Assembly (NCBI GenBank): GCA_000432255.1
Contig: HF989913.1
Span: 76,755 to 140,754 of the forward strand
DNA length: 64,000 bases
Source of the DNA: Acholeplasma sp. CAG:878
GTDB lineage: Bacteria > Bacillota_I > Bacilli_A > RF39 > UBA660
Direction: 5' to 3'
Position numbers and translations under genes: made by a program. This document shows positions 19,723-30,935 of the stretch, piece by piece (position 1 is the first letter of the stretch; each line of letters begins with the position of its first letter). The notes beneath the pieces are model-generated. The model had not been told where the DNA came from. It saw only the letters and a program-made list of their open reading frames with translations, and did no database searches.

Positions 19723-20562
19723 ATGCAAGTAAGAAGTGTGATTTCAGTAATTTTATCATTTTTAATATTTATTTTTATAGGAACTTTTGTATTTATAAAA
19801 GTAGCTAAAAATGTAATAAATTATGAAAATATCGAAAATTATATTGAAAATATTGATGTTTTGGATATAAGAATAAAAAATTTAAATAATTTATTTGGTT
19901 TAAAAATTAAAACAAATGACAATACATTAGGCGATTATATTAAAACCCTTGGTATATATAATGGTTTAACTGAAGAGGAAATTAACCTTATATTGAACGA
20001 TGAAAAATTTGAAAAAAATTTAAAACAACTGATACTTAATTGGTACAAAGAGAGTATGAACACGAATAATACTTATGTTTATAATCCATTAACTAAGTTA
20101 GATATTAACAAAGATTTTATTGATGATATTGGAAATATATTTAAAAACCAAAATAATATAATAACCTCTATTGAAAATATTAATGTCATATTTATTATAG
20201 GAATAATATTGTTTTTAACAGTTTTAACAGGTTTTATTACAAAAACTATATATTATCCATTAATAACATTAGGTATTCCATCATTGATTATTGGAATTGT
20301 TTATACTATGTTGAAATATAATAAAGATTTATTTGCAAATTCTATTAAAACTTTACTACCACTTAGTGACAATTTAACTAATTTAGTACTAGAAAGTGCT
20401 TTAAAATCAAATATAGGAACAATTTTAATAACAATAGGATTAGTTCTTATAATTATATTTACTATAGTAAAACTACACATTAATAAAATGCTTAGAAAAC
20501 TTGAACAAACAAGAAGAATTAATATAGAAGATATTGATATGGATAATATAAAGTATAATTAA
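19723..20562 (+). CDS. Hypothetical membrane protein (279 aa)
   Basis: N-terminal TM plus two central hydrophobic segments; no motif recognised. Confidence 0.55.
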   Translation: MQVRSVISVILSFLIFIFIGTFVFIKVAKNVINYENIENYIENIDVLDIRIKNLNNLFGLKIKTNDNTLGDYIKTLGIYNGLTEEEINLILNDEKFEKNLKQLILNWYKESMNTNNTYVYNPLTKLDINKDFIDDIGNIFKNQNNIITSIENINVIFIIGIILFLTVLTGFITKTIYYPLITLGIPSLIIGIVYTMLKYNKDLFANSIKTLLPLSDNLTNLVLESALKSNIGTILITIGLVLIIIFTIVKLHINKMLRKLEQTRRINIEDIDMDNIKYN

Positions 20563-20565
20563 ATA

Positions 20566-20949
20566 TTAAAATATTGGGTTTTCAATGTCAGATAAACTAT
20601 TATTATCCCAGTTATAGAAAACAACATATAAAACAAGTAAAGCAGTAATTACAGTTAATATAGAAGCAAAAATTTGAATTTTAAAAGGTTTTAAATCTTT
20701 GTTCTTTTCTTTAGCAATTTCATATCCTTCAATATTATCATATAAAATGATTAAAACTATAATCAAAACTAAAAGACGATTAAAAAGCAATATGTATTGG
20801 TCGTCTTTTTTATTTAAAATTCTTTTTCTATTCAATAAATCTTGTCTGTTTTCATAAGTTAAATAAATTGATATAATTATTGTTACTATAAACATTAAAG
20901 CTGTAGCAATATCAATATTTAAAAGTTCAATTTCTTTTTCATTTTTCAT
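20566..20949 (-). CDS. Hypothetical small membrane protein (127 aa)
   Basis: Three hydrophobic segments; convergent with the upstream gene. Confidence 0.45.
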   Translation of the reverse strand: MKNEKEIELLNIDIATALMFIVTIIISIYLTYENRQDLLNRKRILNKKDDQYILLFNRLLVLIIVLIILYDNIEGYEIAKEKNKDLKPFKIQIFASILTVITALLVLYVVFYNWDNNSLSDIENPIF

Positions 20950-20982
20950 ATTAAAGTATATTAAATTTGAATATAATTTAAT

Positions 20983-22239
20983 ATGAAAAAATATTTATTA
21001 ATTTTAATTTTAATACTATGTGGCTGTGGAAACAAAAACATTGAAATGGTTTTTGAAAATAGTCATAATATGAAAATATCGATAAACTTTCCTGAATCGG
21101 GAATAAAAAAATTAGATAACTTAGTTTCTGATTATGTTGATACTATTTATCAAGGTTTTAAAAACGAATATGAAAATGTTTATGCTTTAGAGCAAGTATC
21201 AGAACTTAATGTTGACTATAAATATAGTGTTATTAATGAGCGATATATAAATATCATTCTTTATACATTTATAAATTCATCTAAACTGGCTCACCCAATT
21301 AATGAGGTAAAAACATTTGTGTATGATAAACAAAAAAACAAATTAATAACAATTTACGATTTAATTAATAATAGCCAAATAAATATCTTATTAAAAAATT
21401 TAAAAATGAATATCGTTAGAAAATATAAAGAATGTTTATTATTAGAAAATATATCTTCAAAAATCACCCCCGATGAGGATTATATGTTTAATATAACTAA
21501 AGATAGTATTGTCTTTTATTTTAATCCTTATACAATAACAACTGGAAGTTGTGGGATTATAGATGTCGAAGTTAGTTTAAACAAATTAGACACATCGTTC
21601 AAATCGAAAGAAACTATAAAAAAATATCCTCCAATTACAAAAACAATATCTAAAAATTTGGATTTAAATAAAAAAACAGTTGCTATTACTTTTGATGATG
21701 GACCAAGTAAATATACCAATCAAATTTTGGAGTTGTTAAAAGAGAATAACGCAAATGCTACATTTTTTGTACTAGGAAACAAAGTCAAAGATTATTCTGA
21801 TACAATAAGAAAAAGTATTTCATTGGGTAATGAAATAGGAAATCATTCGTATAATCATAAATGGTTAACCAGTCTAAGTTTAGATGAACTAAATTTACAA
21901 ATATCTAAAACTAATGCTCTAATAAAAGAAATAAGTGGTTATGAATGTAATTTATTTAGGCCAACTTATGGTTCAGTTAATAAAAAAATAAGAGAAAATG
22001 TTGATATGAATATAGTATTATGGTCGGTCGATAGTAACGATTGGAAAATAAAAAATAGCAAAACAATTGCTAGCAAGGTTTTAAGTAAGGTTGACGATGG
22101 TGATATAATACTATTTCATGATACATATGAAAGAACATATAAAGCGTTACAAATAATTGTTCCAACCTTAATTAGTGAAGGCTATCAAATAGTAACTGTA
22201 AGTGAATTAGAAAAAATAAAATTAGAAAGAAATATTTAA
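20983..22239 (+). CDS. Lipoprotein with C-terminal NodB-type polysaccharide deacetylase domain
   Basis: Lipobox LILCGC; NodB motifs TFDDGP, HSYNH and LFRPTYG. Confidence 0.8.
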   Translation: MKKYLLILILILCGCGNKNIEMVFENSHNMKISINFPESGIKKLDNLVSDYVDTIYQGFKNEYENVYALEQVSELNVDYKYSVINERYINIILYTFINSSKLAHPINEVKTFVYDKQKNKLITIYDLINNSQINILLKNLKMNIVRKYKECLLLENISSKITPDEDYMFNITKDSIVFYFNPYTITTGSCGIIDVEVSLNKLDTSFKSKETIKKYPPITKTISKNLDLNKKTVAITFDDGPSKYTNQILELLKENNANATFFVLGNKVKDYSDTIRKSISLGNEIGNHSYNHKWLTSLSLDELNLQISKTNALIKEISGYECNLFRPTYGSVNKKIRENVDMNIVLWSVDSNDWKIKNSKTIASKVLSKVDDGDIILFHDTYERTYKALQIIVPTLISEGYQIVTVSELEKIKLERNI

Positions 22240-22369
22240 AACTATTGAAAAGCATAAAAACATATGGTAAAATTAACATGACGTTTTGCAAAAAATCTAT
22301 ATATTTTACAACAAGACATACTGCATATTTTAAATATGTGGTTTTTTGCGTTATGGAAGGAGTGATAAA

Positions 22370-23353
22370 GTGGCGTCGTATATTGAACTTAGGAACATAA
22401 AAAAACAATTTAAAGTTCCTATTAGAAAAAGTGGCTTGAAAGAAGCTTTTAAAGCATTTTTCAAACGCGAATACAAGCAAATTTTGGCAGTTGATGATAT
22501 TTCTTTTCAAATTGAAAAGGGAGAAATCGTTGGCTACATCGGACCAAATGGGGCGGGAAAAAGTACAACAATTAAAATGCTTACAGGTATTCTTACTCCG
22601 ACTAGTGGTATGTGTGTAGTTGATGGAATGACACCTTATCTTGAAAGAGAAAAATATGTAGCAAAAATAGGTGTTGTTTTTGGTCAAAGAAGTCAATTAT
22701 GGTGGGATATACCAGCAATTGATACATTTGACTTACTAGCAGACATTTACAAATTAAATCATGAAGAATACATAAAAACAAAAGACGAATTAATAAAATT
22801 GCTAAACTTAGAAGAAATAGTTAAAGTACCAGTTAGACAACTAAGTTTAGGTCAAAGGATGCGATGCGAAATTGCTGCTTCACTATTACATAAACCAGAA
22901 ATACTATTTTTAGATGAACCGACAATAGGATTAGATGCTATTTCTAAAACGATCGTTAGAAACTTTATAAAAAAAATAAATAAAGAACAAAATGTTACGG
23001 TAATATTAACTACTCATGATATGAAAGATATTGAAACATTAGCAAAAAGAATTATTTTAATCGGAAAAGGTAAAATACTATATGATGGCTCTTTAACAAA
23101 ACTAAAAAATAGATATAAAACGAATAAATATATAAATGTAGAATGCAATCAGTTAACAAAATTGCGTTTAAAAGGAATAATAAGTCAAACAAAAACAAAA
23201 GATGGTTATGAATTTGTAATAAATTCAAAGATATTAGAAATGTCAAAATTTTTAAATGTTTTATCATCTAAAACTGAAATTAAAAACATCGATATAGAAG
23301 AAGAAAATATCGATGACATTATAGTAAAACTATATGAGGAATTTGAACTATGA
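22370..23353 (+). CDS. ABC transporter ATP-binding protein (ABC-2 type)
   Basis: Walker A GPNGAGKSTT; signature LSLGQRMR; Walker B LFLDEPTIGLD; start set to GTG 22370 behind RBS GGAAGGAG (the track's TTG at 22346 is less likely). Confidence 0.85.
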   Translation: MASYIELRNIKKQFKVPIRKSGLKEAFKAFFKREYKQILAVDDISFQIEKGEIVGYIGPNGAGKSTTIKMLTGILTPTSGMCVVDGMTPYLEREKYVAKIGVVFGQRSQLWWDIPAIDTFDLLADIYKLNHEEYIKTKDELIKLLNLEEIVKVPVRQLSLGQRMRCEIAASLLHKPEILFLDEPTIGLDAISKTIVRNFIKKINKEQNVTVILTTHDMKDIETLAKRIILIGKGKILYDGSLTKLKNRYKTNKYINVECNQLTKLRLKGIISQTKTKDGYEFVINSKILEMSKFLNVLSSKTEIKNIDIEEENIDDIIVKLYEEFEL

Positions 23354-24153
23354 AACCATATTTATCATATTTTAAATTAAGATTCATGACTTGTCTACAA
23401 TATAGAAGTGCAGCTATAGCAGGTATATTAACTCAAGTATTTTTTGCTTTTGTTTATATAATGGTATATTTAGCTTTTTATGAATCAGGAGATGCTAACG
23501 CACCGATGACATTAAAGCAAGTTATAAATTATATGTGGTTAAATCAAATGTTTTTTACTTTAATTTATTTAAGTTATAAAGATAAAGATATAATCAATTT
23601 AATCAAAGATGGAAATATATCATATGAATTAGCAAGACCATTAAACGTATATTTTATGTGGTTTGCAAAAATTTTATCTCAAAGAATTTCTATGATGTTA
23701 TTAAGATGCATTCCAGTTATGGTCTTAGCTTTTGTCCTACCAGAACCTTATAAATTAATGCTCCCATTAAATTTTTCAACTTTTTTATTATTTTTGCTGT
23801 CGTTTTGTATAAGTGCTATTTTAATAACTGGAATCACTATGCTTTTTCATATAATAACTATGTTTACTTTAGATGAAAAGGGGGCTACATCAATTATTAT
23901 AAACATAGCAGATATTTTTTCAGGACAAGTAATACCTCTTCCATTTTTCCCATTGTTTTTACAAAAAGTTGCTATATTACTACCTTTTAGATATATAAGT
24001 GATTTCCCATTTAGAATATATACATCACATATAGTAGAAAACGAAGCAATTATAGGAATAATAATTCAATTTGTGTGGTTAATAATAATTTTAATAGGTG
24101 GTTACCTGCTGATGAATAAAGCTTTAAGTAAAACGATTGTACAAGGAGGTTAA
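23350..24153 (+). CDS. ABC-2 family permease subunit
   Basis: 267-aa six-TM protein overlapping the ATPase stop. Confidence 0.7.
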   Translation: MKPYLSYFKLRFMTCLQYRSAAIAGILTQVFFAFVYIMVYLAFYESGDANAPMTLKQVINYMWLNQMFFTLIYLSYKDKDIINLIKDGNISYELARPLNVYFMWFAKILSQRISMMLLRCIPVMVLAFVLPEPYKLMLPLNFSTFLLFLLSFCISAILITGITMLFHIITMFTLDEKGATSIIINIADIFSGQVIPLPFFPLFLQKVAILLPFRYISDFPFRIYTSHIVENEAIIGIIIQFVWLIIILIGGYLLMNKALSKTIVQGG

Positions 24154-24154
24154 A

Positions 24155-24931
24155 ATGAAACTATACTTAAAATATTTAAAATTACATTTAAAATCAACTA
24201 TGCAATATAAAACATCCTTTATTTTATCTTTTATATCACAATTTTTTGTCGCTTTTTCTTTCTATTTTGTTGTCATTTCTATGTTTGATAAATTCAATAA
24301 CATTAAAGGCTTTACTTTATATGAAGTATTGTTAACTACAGGAATAATATATTTTGGTTTTAGTTTCAATGAATTTTTTGTAAGAGGAATCGATAATTTT
24401 GACAATCAAATTGTGAAAGGAACATTTGATAGAATTTTACTAAGACCAAGAAACATATTTTTTCAAGCTATGGTAGAAGAAATGGATTTTGTAAAAATAT
24501 CAAGAATTCTACAAGCAATAGCAATAATTGTAATTTCCCTAGTTAATTTAAATATACAGTTTAATATATTTAGAATTATAGCCTTTATTTTAATGTTATT
24601 AAGTTCTATCGCTATATTTTTAAGTTTAAATATACTATCAGCCTCATATTGTTTTATAACAATTCAAGGACTAGAAGTTAGACATATATTTACCGATGGT
24701 GGGAAATATGTGGCTCAGTATCCAATTAATATTTATAAAAAAGGTTTTGCTCTATTTTTTACTGTTATAATTCCATATGCTTTTGTAAATTATTATCCTC
24801 TTTTATATTTTACAGGTAAGTCTAATAATATATTTTATTGTTTTAGTCCATTAATCGTTTTAATTTATTTGTTTATTTCTTTTAAAGTGTTTAATATTGG
24901 AGTTAAAAAATATTCAAGTACTGGTTCATAG
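24155..24931 (+). CDS. ABC-2 family permease subunit (second)
   Basis: Polytopic membrane protein; start set at ATG 24155 behind RBS AAGGAGG. Confidence 0.7.
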   Translation: MKLYLKYLKLHLKSTMQYKTSFILSFISQFFVAFSFYFVVISMFDKFNNIKGFTLYEVLLTTGIIYFGFSFNEFFVRGIDNFDNQIVKGTFDRILLRPRNIFFQAMVEEMDFVKISRILQAIAIIVISLVNLNIQFNIFRIIAFILMLLSSIAIFLSLNILSASYCFITIQGLEVRHIFTDGGKYVAQYPINIYKKGFALFFTVIIPYAFVNYYPLLYFTGKSNNIFYCFSPLIVLIYLFISFKVFNIGVKKYSSTGS

Positions 24932-24955
24932 AATGTGAATTTTCACATTCTTTTT
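24930..24955. terminator. Bidirectional terminator
   Basis: GAATGTGAA tt TTCACATTC followed by T6; lies between convergent genes. Confidence 0.8.
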
Positions 24956-24962
24956 TAACTTT

Positions 24963-25403
24963 TTATAACTCAAATTCATCTACTTTAGTTATATAAGAAT
25001 CATCACATCTATTAATTGCAAATATTTCTTTTATATTATTTGTTAAATCAAGGTTAGAATTTAACAAATCAGATAAAGATATAATTCCTACTAATTTATT
25101 ATTTTCAACTACTAATAATCTTTTGATTTTATGTTTAGTCATTAAATTTATAGCTTTACTTATTTCATCGTTTGAATCTATAGTAATTAATTCAGTAGTT
25201 AAATATCCATCTATTTTATTATCATTATTTGCAAGTATTCTAGTTACAATATCTCTATCTGTCAACACACCAACTATTTTATTTTTATTTGCGATAGGAA
25301 CAAATCCAATATCGTATTTTTTCATTATGTTTGCTAGTTCATTTAAACTAGAATTTATATCAAATACAACTAGAGAACTACACATAAAATTTTTAACTTT
25401 CAT
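24963..25403 (-). CDS. CBS-domain pair protein
   Basis: Two CBS repeats (IVGVLTDRDIV..., LVGIISLSDLL). Confidence 0.8.
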   Translation of the reverse strand: MKVKNFMCSSLVVFDINSSLNELANIMKKYDIGFVPIANKNKIVGVLTDRDIVTRILANNDNKIDGYLTTELITIDSNDEISKAINLMTKHKIKRLLVVENNKLVGIISLSDLLNSNLDLTNNIKEIFAINRCDDSYITKVDEFEL

Positions 25404-25458
25404 ATAATCACCACTTATATTTTGTTTTTAAAATTTAAAAATATACATATAATTTAAT

Positions 25459-26220
25459 ATGAGAAGAATGAGATTAAAAAGAAAGATTAAAATGTTTAAT
25501 AAACCAATAAATGTTATAGTGTTTATAATTATAGTTTTTATTATAGCTTTTTTTCTATTACTTAAAGTTGTCAATCTAAAAGTAAATCCAGTTTTATTTG
25601 AATATGCAGAATTAGAATCAAGAAAATTGGCAAGTATTATTATAAATAATGCAGTTGCTAAAAATGTAACAGAAAACATAGATATAGATGAATTATTTAT
25701 AATTACAAGAGATAGCAATAATGAAATTAAAACAATAGATTTTAATCCTTTAACAGTAAATAAAATTCTAACAAAAGTAACAAACAGCGTTCAAATTAAT
25801 TTAAAATATATCGAACAGGGAAAAGTCGAATTGCTCGCACTTACAACAGATGAACTAATTGATTACGATATTAATAAATTAAAAAAAGGAATAATTTATG
25901 AAATACCCACAGGAGTTATATTTAATAACTCTTTTTTATCTAATTTAGGGCCAAAATTACCTGTTAAATTATGTTTAGCAGGTGATATAATAAGTCATAT
26001 AAACACTAAAGTAACTAATTATGGTATTAATAATGCATTAATAGAAGTGGGAGTTGTATTAGAATTAAAAGAACAAGTAATACTACCATTTATGTCCGAA
26101 AGAATAAAAATTGAATGTGAAATACCAGTTGCAATAAAATTAATTCAAGGAACTGTTCCTAATTATTATTTTAATGGATTAGATAAAAATTCCCCATCTG
26201 TAACTTTACCTATTTCTTAA
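25459..26220 (+). CDS. YunB-like sporulation protein (tentative), N-terminally anchored
   Basis: N-terminal TM then a soluble domain of the size and pattern of YunB; assignment is by resemblance only; start could be the ATG at 25492. Confidence 0.45.
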   Translation: MRRMRLKRKIKMFNKPINVIVFIIIVFIIAFFLLLKVVNLKVNPVLFEYAELESRKLASIIINNAVAKNVTENIDIDELFIITRDSNNEIKTIDFNPLTVNKILTKVTNSVQINLKYIEQGKVELLALTTDELIDYDINKLKKGIIYEIPTGVIFNNSFLSNLGPKLPVKLCLAGDIISHINTKVTNYGINNALIEVGVVLELKEQVILPFMSERIKIECEIPVAIKLIQGTVPNYYFNGLDKNSPSVTLPIS

Positions 26221-26317
26221 AAATATTAGATAGATGTAAAGTAGTGTGTTTAACTTTTACTTTCAAACATTTTCCATTTACTAATTGAATAAAAAAAAAT
26301 AATGTGGTATACTAAAA

Positions 26318-28018
26318 ATGGTGATTATAATGAGCAAAAGAAAAGTAAATAAGGCAAGAGTTTTAATTTTTATATTAGGTGTTTTAATTGTTTCATTTAT
26401 AATTTTTTTACTCTTAAAAGGTATTAATAAAGTAGTAATTAAACAAAATTATAAATATTTAGCAAACAATCAAAGTGAAATAACACTTTATACATTAGAT
26501 TATAATGAAACTTTGCAAATAGCAAGAGGTACTAAAGTAGAAATAATTGAAAGTATTACTAACGAAAACAAAGAATATTATAAAATAAAATACAATAATA
26601 CTGAATATTTAGTTTTTAAGGAGAATGTTGTTAATAGCGAAGATGATATCATTTTAGAAAAAGAAATGTATGTAAGAACCCCAGTTACTATTTATGAAAG
26701 TGAAGATTCTATAAAAATTTTAGGTATGGCTAAAAAAGGTGAAAAATTAGATATAGTTGGTTATAACAAAGTTAATGAAGATGGCAGCATTAACATGTAT
26801 AAAATTAAATATAATGATATTGATGGTTACGTTTATGGTAAATATTTAGTTAATAATAAAGAATTATCTTTGGTTAATTATGATGAAGATGGAAATTATC
26901 AAATTCATAAAAAAAGAGGAGATTCGTTTGGCGGTGGGGATGCTGGTAATCTAGATTATTATCCTTATGAAAAAGCAAAATTTGAAAATAATGTTATGCC
27001 TGATGAAGTAAGAGCACTATATCTTAATAGTGGCGTTGTAAGTAATGTCGATGCTTATATAAAAATTGCTAAAAATAGTGGTATAAATGCTTTTGTAGTT
27101 GATATAAAAGATAACACTTCGCCTGCTTATCCAGCAAAAGCTATGCAAGAATATTCGATAACAAATTACAATAAAGCAATTAACAGTTATGAAACATATA
27201 AAAAAGCTATTAAAAAATTAAAAGATGAAGGCTTTTATGTAATAGGAAGAATTACGGTGTTTAAAGACAGTTATTATGCTAAAGACCACCCAGAAGATAC
27301 AATTAAAGATAATAATACTAACTCTTCCTATAACCACGATGGTTCATATTGGCCAAGTGCATTTAAAAGAAATGTATGGGAATACAATGTTAAATTAGCA
27401 ATTGAGTCAGTACAAGAAATGGGATTCAATGAAATTCAATTTGATTATGTTAGATTTCCAGATAGAACAGGTAACTTAGAAAAAAAAGGAGTTATTAATT
27501 TTGGAAATGTGTATAAAGAAGATAAGGCTCAAGCAATCCAACAATTTGTAATGTATGCATGTGATGAAATACACAAACATAATTCTTATGTATCAATCGA
27601 TGTGTTTGGAGAATCGGCTCACAACTATGTAACTGCTTATGGACAATATTGGGCTGCTATATCAAACGTAGCCGATGTTATAAGTGGAATGCCATATCCA
27701 GATCATTTCAGCGCTCACGAATATGGTTTTAATGAAGTTGTATGGACTATTCCTTATAAATTATTAAATTTATGGGGGAATAACTTTGTTATGAAAAGAC
27801 AAAAAGAAATCCCAACACCAGCTATAGTTAGAACTTGGATTCAAACTTATGATACATATAAAAATCCTAAAGTAATTTATGATTCTTATATGATTAAAGA
27901 AGAAATAAAAGGATTATATGATGCTGGATTAAAAGGTGGATTTATGACCTGGAATGGTAGTTCTAACATATCAAAATATGATAGTGTAAAAAGTGCGTTT
28001 GGAGGAAATTATCAATGA
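26318..28018 (+). CDS. Membrane-anchored putative glycoside hydrolase-like protein (YngK/DUF4015-like), 566 aa
   Basis: N-terminal TM; TIM-barrel-like central region (VDIKDNTSP..., FDYVRFPD); family assignment tentative. Confidence 0.5.
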   Translation: MVIIMSKRKVNKARVLIFILGVLIVSFIIFLLLKGINKVVIKQNYKYLANNQSEITLYTLDYNETLQIARGTKVEIIESITNENKEYYKIKYNNTEYLVFKENVVNSEDDIILEKEMYVRTPVTIYESEDSIKILGMAKKGEKLDIVGYNKVNEDGSINMYKIKYNDIDGYVYGKYLVNNKELSLVNYDEDGNYQIHKKRGDSFGGGDAGNLDYYPYEKAKFENNVMPDEVRALYLNSGVVSNVDAYIKIAKNSGINAFVVDIKDNTSPAYPAKAMQEYSITNYNKAINSYETYKKAIKKLKDEGFYVIGRITVFKDSYYAKDHPEDTIKDNNTNSSYNHDGSYWPSAFKRNVWEYNVKLAIESVQEMGFNEIQFDYVRFPDRTGNLEKKGVINFGNVYKEDKAQAIQQFVMYACDEIHKHNSYVSIDVFGESAHNYVTAYGQYWAAISNVADVISGMPYPDHFSAHEYGFNEVVWTIPYKLLNLWGNNFVMKRQKEIPTPAIVRTWIQTYDTYKNPKVIYDSYMIKEEIKGLYDAGLKGGFMTWNGSSNISKYDSVKSAFGGNYQ

Positions 28019-28290
28019 AAACTATAACTATAGAAAATAATAATTATGAGTTAATTGATGACTACAAAAACGGTTTTGAAGAAAATGTATTCAAAGATAA
28101 ATATACTGATTATTTTGATGGATATGATTACATATTAGGTGATTGGGCATATGGTAAATTAAGATTGAAAGGCTTTTGTGAAAGAGAAAATCCACTTTTC
28201 AATAAAATAAATGATTATAGCCTGATAGAAAACTATATAAAAGAAAACTGTGCTTATGACTGTAGATATTTTATCTTAAAAAAGGTGTAA
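28015..28290 (+). CDS. YutD-like protein (DUF1027)
   Basis: 91 aa with the DYILGDWAYGKLRLKGF motif I associate with YutD. Confidence 0.6.
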   Translation: MKTITIENNNYELIDDYKNGFEENVFKDKYTDYFDGYDYILGDWAYGKLRLKGFCERENPLFNKINDYSLIENYIKENCAYDCRYFILKKV

Positions 28291-28291
28291 T

Positions 28292-28852
28292 ATGAATGTA
28301 TATGATTTTGATAATACATTATACAAAGGAGAAAGTTCTTATGACTTTTTCTTCTTTTGTTTAAAAAGAAAACCTAAAATGATTAAATACATTCCAGTTG
28401 TTTTAAAACATATATATAATTATAAAAAATTAAAAATTGATTTTGAACAATTAATAAATAGTTTTAATGAAATATTCAATAAAATATTTAAAACAGAACA
28501 AGAATTAAATGAATTATCAATTAAGTTTTGGGATAAAAATATTTATAAATTAAAAGATTTAGTTAATAATTTAACAACTGATGATATTATAATAACTGGA
28601 AGTCCAGATTTCTTAATGAATATAATTAAAGATAAACTAAATGTTAAAGAAATAATATCTACTAAAATAAACAATAGAAAAATAGAATTTTTATGTTTAG
28701 GCGAAAATAAAGTAAAAATATTTAAAGAATTATATCCAAATAAAAAAATTAATAATTTTTATACTGATTCAATGAACGATTTACCACTTATGAAATTATC
28801 TAATAATGTTTATTTAGTAAAAGGAAATAAAATAGAAAAAATAACAAAATAA
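28292..28852 (+). CDS. HAD-superfamily hydrolase
   Basis: N-terminal DxDxT motif (YDFDNTLY). Confidence 0.7.
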   Translation: MNVYDFDNTLYKGESSYDFFFFCLKRKPKMIKYIPVVLKHIYNYKKLKIDFEQLINSFNEIFNKIFKTEQELNELSIKFWDKNIYKLKDLVNNLTTDDIIITGSPDFLMNIIKDKLNVKEIISTKINNRKIEFLCLGENKVKIFKELYPNKKINNFYTDSMNDLPLMKLSNNVYLVKGNKIEKITK

Positions 28853-28975
28853 TTACGTATCGTTAATTAATGTAATTACTACTTGACTCGTGCATTTTAT
28901 CTTTTCGGTAATAAATAGTATTAAAACATAAGACTTTATCAAAAAAAGGTAAAGTTTTATTTTCTTATAATCCTT

Positions 28976-29004
28976 TACATTAATAGTTAAAAATGATAAA
29001 ATTA
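28976..29004 (+). promoter_or_regulatory. Candidate promoter of prfB
   Basis: TTACAT, then 17 nt, then TAAAAT, just upstream of the ORF0 start. Confidence 0.45.
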
Positions 29005-29009
29005 TTATG

Positions 29010-30117
29010 GTGAATATAATGGAAAACAATGAAATACTAAATATATACAAAAACTACCAAAAAAAAATAAATGAAATGTGGAGGTTACTTTGACACAGAT
29101 AATAAACTAATAAAAATAAAAGAATTAGAAGAAAAGATGTCAAGTGCTACATTTTGGGATAACCAGGAAATTGCTAATAATGTAATTAATGAGTTAAATA
29201 ATTTAAAAAAAATAGTTAATTTAATTAAAACTTTAAAAAATAAAATAGATGCGAACTTAGAGTTATTAAGTTATGATGATATCGAAGTAAAAGAATTAAT
29301 TGTATCTGAAATTGATGAAATAAAAAAAGAATTAGATGATTTAGAAATATTTGTTTTATTAAATGGTCCATATGATAAAAATGATGCAGTATTAGAAATT
29401 CATCCAGGGGCAGGTGGAACAGAAAGTTGTGATTGGGCTAATATGTTATTTAGAATGTACACAAGATGGTGTGAGGAAAAAAATTTCAAATATGAAATAG
29501 TCGAATTACAAAAAGGTGAAGAAGCAGGAATTAAAAGTGTAACTATTATTATCAAAGGAACATATGCTTATGGATATTTAAAATGTGAAAAAGGAGTTCA
29601 TAGATTGGTTAGAATTTCTCCATTTGATTCTAATTCAAGAAGACATACATCATTCGCATCAGTTGATGTAAGTCCTTATTTTCAAGAAGAAAACATCGAT
29701 ATTCAAATAAATCCTAACGATTTAAAAATAGATGTATATCATAGTTCAGGAGCAGGTGGTCAATCAGTTAATACAACTGATTCAGCTGTAAGAATAACAC
29801 ACATACCTACAAAAATAGTAGTAACTTGTCAAAATGAAAGAAGCCAATTACAAAACAAAGAAAAAGCTTTAGAAATATTAAAAAGTAAATTATACAAAAT
29901 AGAATTAGATAAAAGAGATATGGAACTAAAACAAATTAAAGGTGAACAAACTGATATTAATTTTGGGTCTCAGATTAGAAGTTATGTACTACATCCATAT
30001 ACAATGGTTAAAGACCACAGAACAAATACTCAAAATAACAATGCTCAAAAAGTATTAGATGGCGATATTGATATGTTTATAAATGATAATTTAAGGATGT
30101 GCAAAAATGAAAAATAA
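29010..30117 (+). CDS. prfB: Peptide chain release factor 2, expressed via programmed +1 frameshift (ORF0 29010-29084 ends at in-frame UGA; +1 frame continues to 30117)
   Basis: ORF0 MENNEILNIYKNYQKKINEMWRLL* contains the canonical shift cassette GGAGGttaCTTTGAC (29070-29085). The downstream frame encodes RF2 with SPF and GGQ motifs. Confidence 0.9.
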
Positions 30118-30934
30118 AATAAAAATTTTTATTGAATTATTAGTCGCAATAACAATATGTGCTTTTTCATTTAACTTATTTTTACTTCCTACAAAAGTTG
30201 TAAGTGGTTTTAGTGGTATATCAATTATAATAAATTCTATAACAGATATAAAACCATCAATTATAATTATGGTTTTATATGCTATAATATTAGTTATAAG
30301 TTATATATTAATGGGATTTGAACAAACAAAAAATTCAATTATAGGTTCAATATTATATCCTATTTTTGTTGAATTAACCTCTTATATAACGCCATACATA
30401 AATATAGGAGAAACAGAACCTATTGTTATGGCTATATGTGGTTCGGCAATATGTGGATTCGGATATGGAATAATATATAAATTGGGTTATAATACTGGTG
30501 GTAGCGATGTACTGACGCATATTTTAAGTAAATACTTAAAAAAACCAATTGGAACATGTATGGTAATAGTAAATACTATTATAATAGCAGCTACTTTATT
30601 TGTGTTTGACCTACAAACAGCAATTTACTCTATTATTGCCATATTAATAATGAGTTATGTAATTGATAAAGTAATGATAGGGATATCAAAATCCAAATCA
30701 TTTTATATAATTACAGAAAATGAAACAGATGTTAAAAAATTTTTAATAAGTAAACTAAGCCATGGTGTGACGGTTATTCAAGCAAGAGGCGGATATACTG
30801 GTAATATGGTAAAACTTATTATGTGTATAGTACCTACAAAAGAATATTACAAAGTTAAAGAAGAAATATTAAATATAGACAAAAATGCTCTTATATTAGT
30901 GAGCGATACATATGAAGTATTAGGAAATAAATGA
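30107..30934 (+). CDS. YitT-family membrane protein (DUF161 + DUF2179-like)
   Basis: N-terminal five TM segments plus a C-terminal soluble domain. Confidence 0.7.
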   Translation: MKNKIKIFIELLVAITICAFSFNLFLLPTKVVSGFSGISIIINSITDIKPSIIIMVLYAIILVISYILMGFEQTKNSIIGSILYPIFVELTSYITPYINIGETEPIVMAICGSAICGFGYGIIYKLGYNTGGSDVLTHILSKYLKKPIGTCMVIVNTIIIAATLFVFDLQTAIYSIIAILIMSYVIDKVMIGISKSKSFYIITENETDVKKFLISKLSHGVTVIQARGGYTGNMVKLIMCIVPTKEYYKVKEEILNIDKNALILVSDTYEVLGNK

Positions 30935-30935
30935 G

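Noticed and set aside
28853-29050. 65-aa minus-strand ORF upstream of prfB
   Set aside because: It overlaps the prfB promoter and ORF0 and has no RBS. The real feature here is the prfB frameshift leader.
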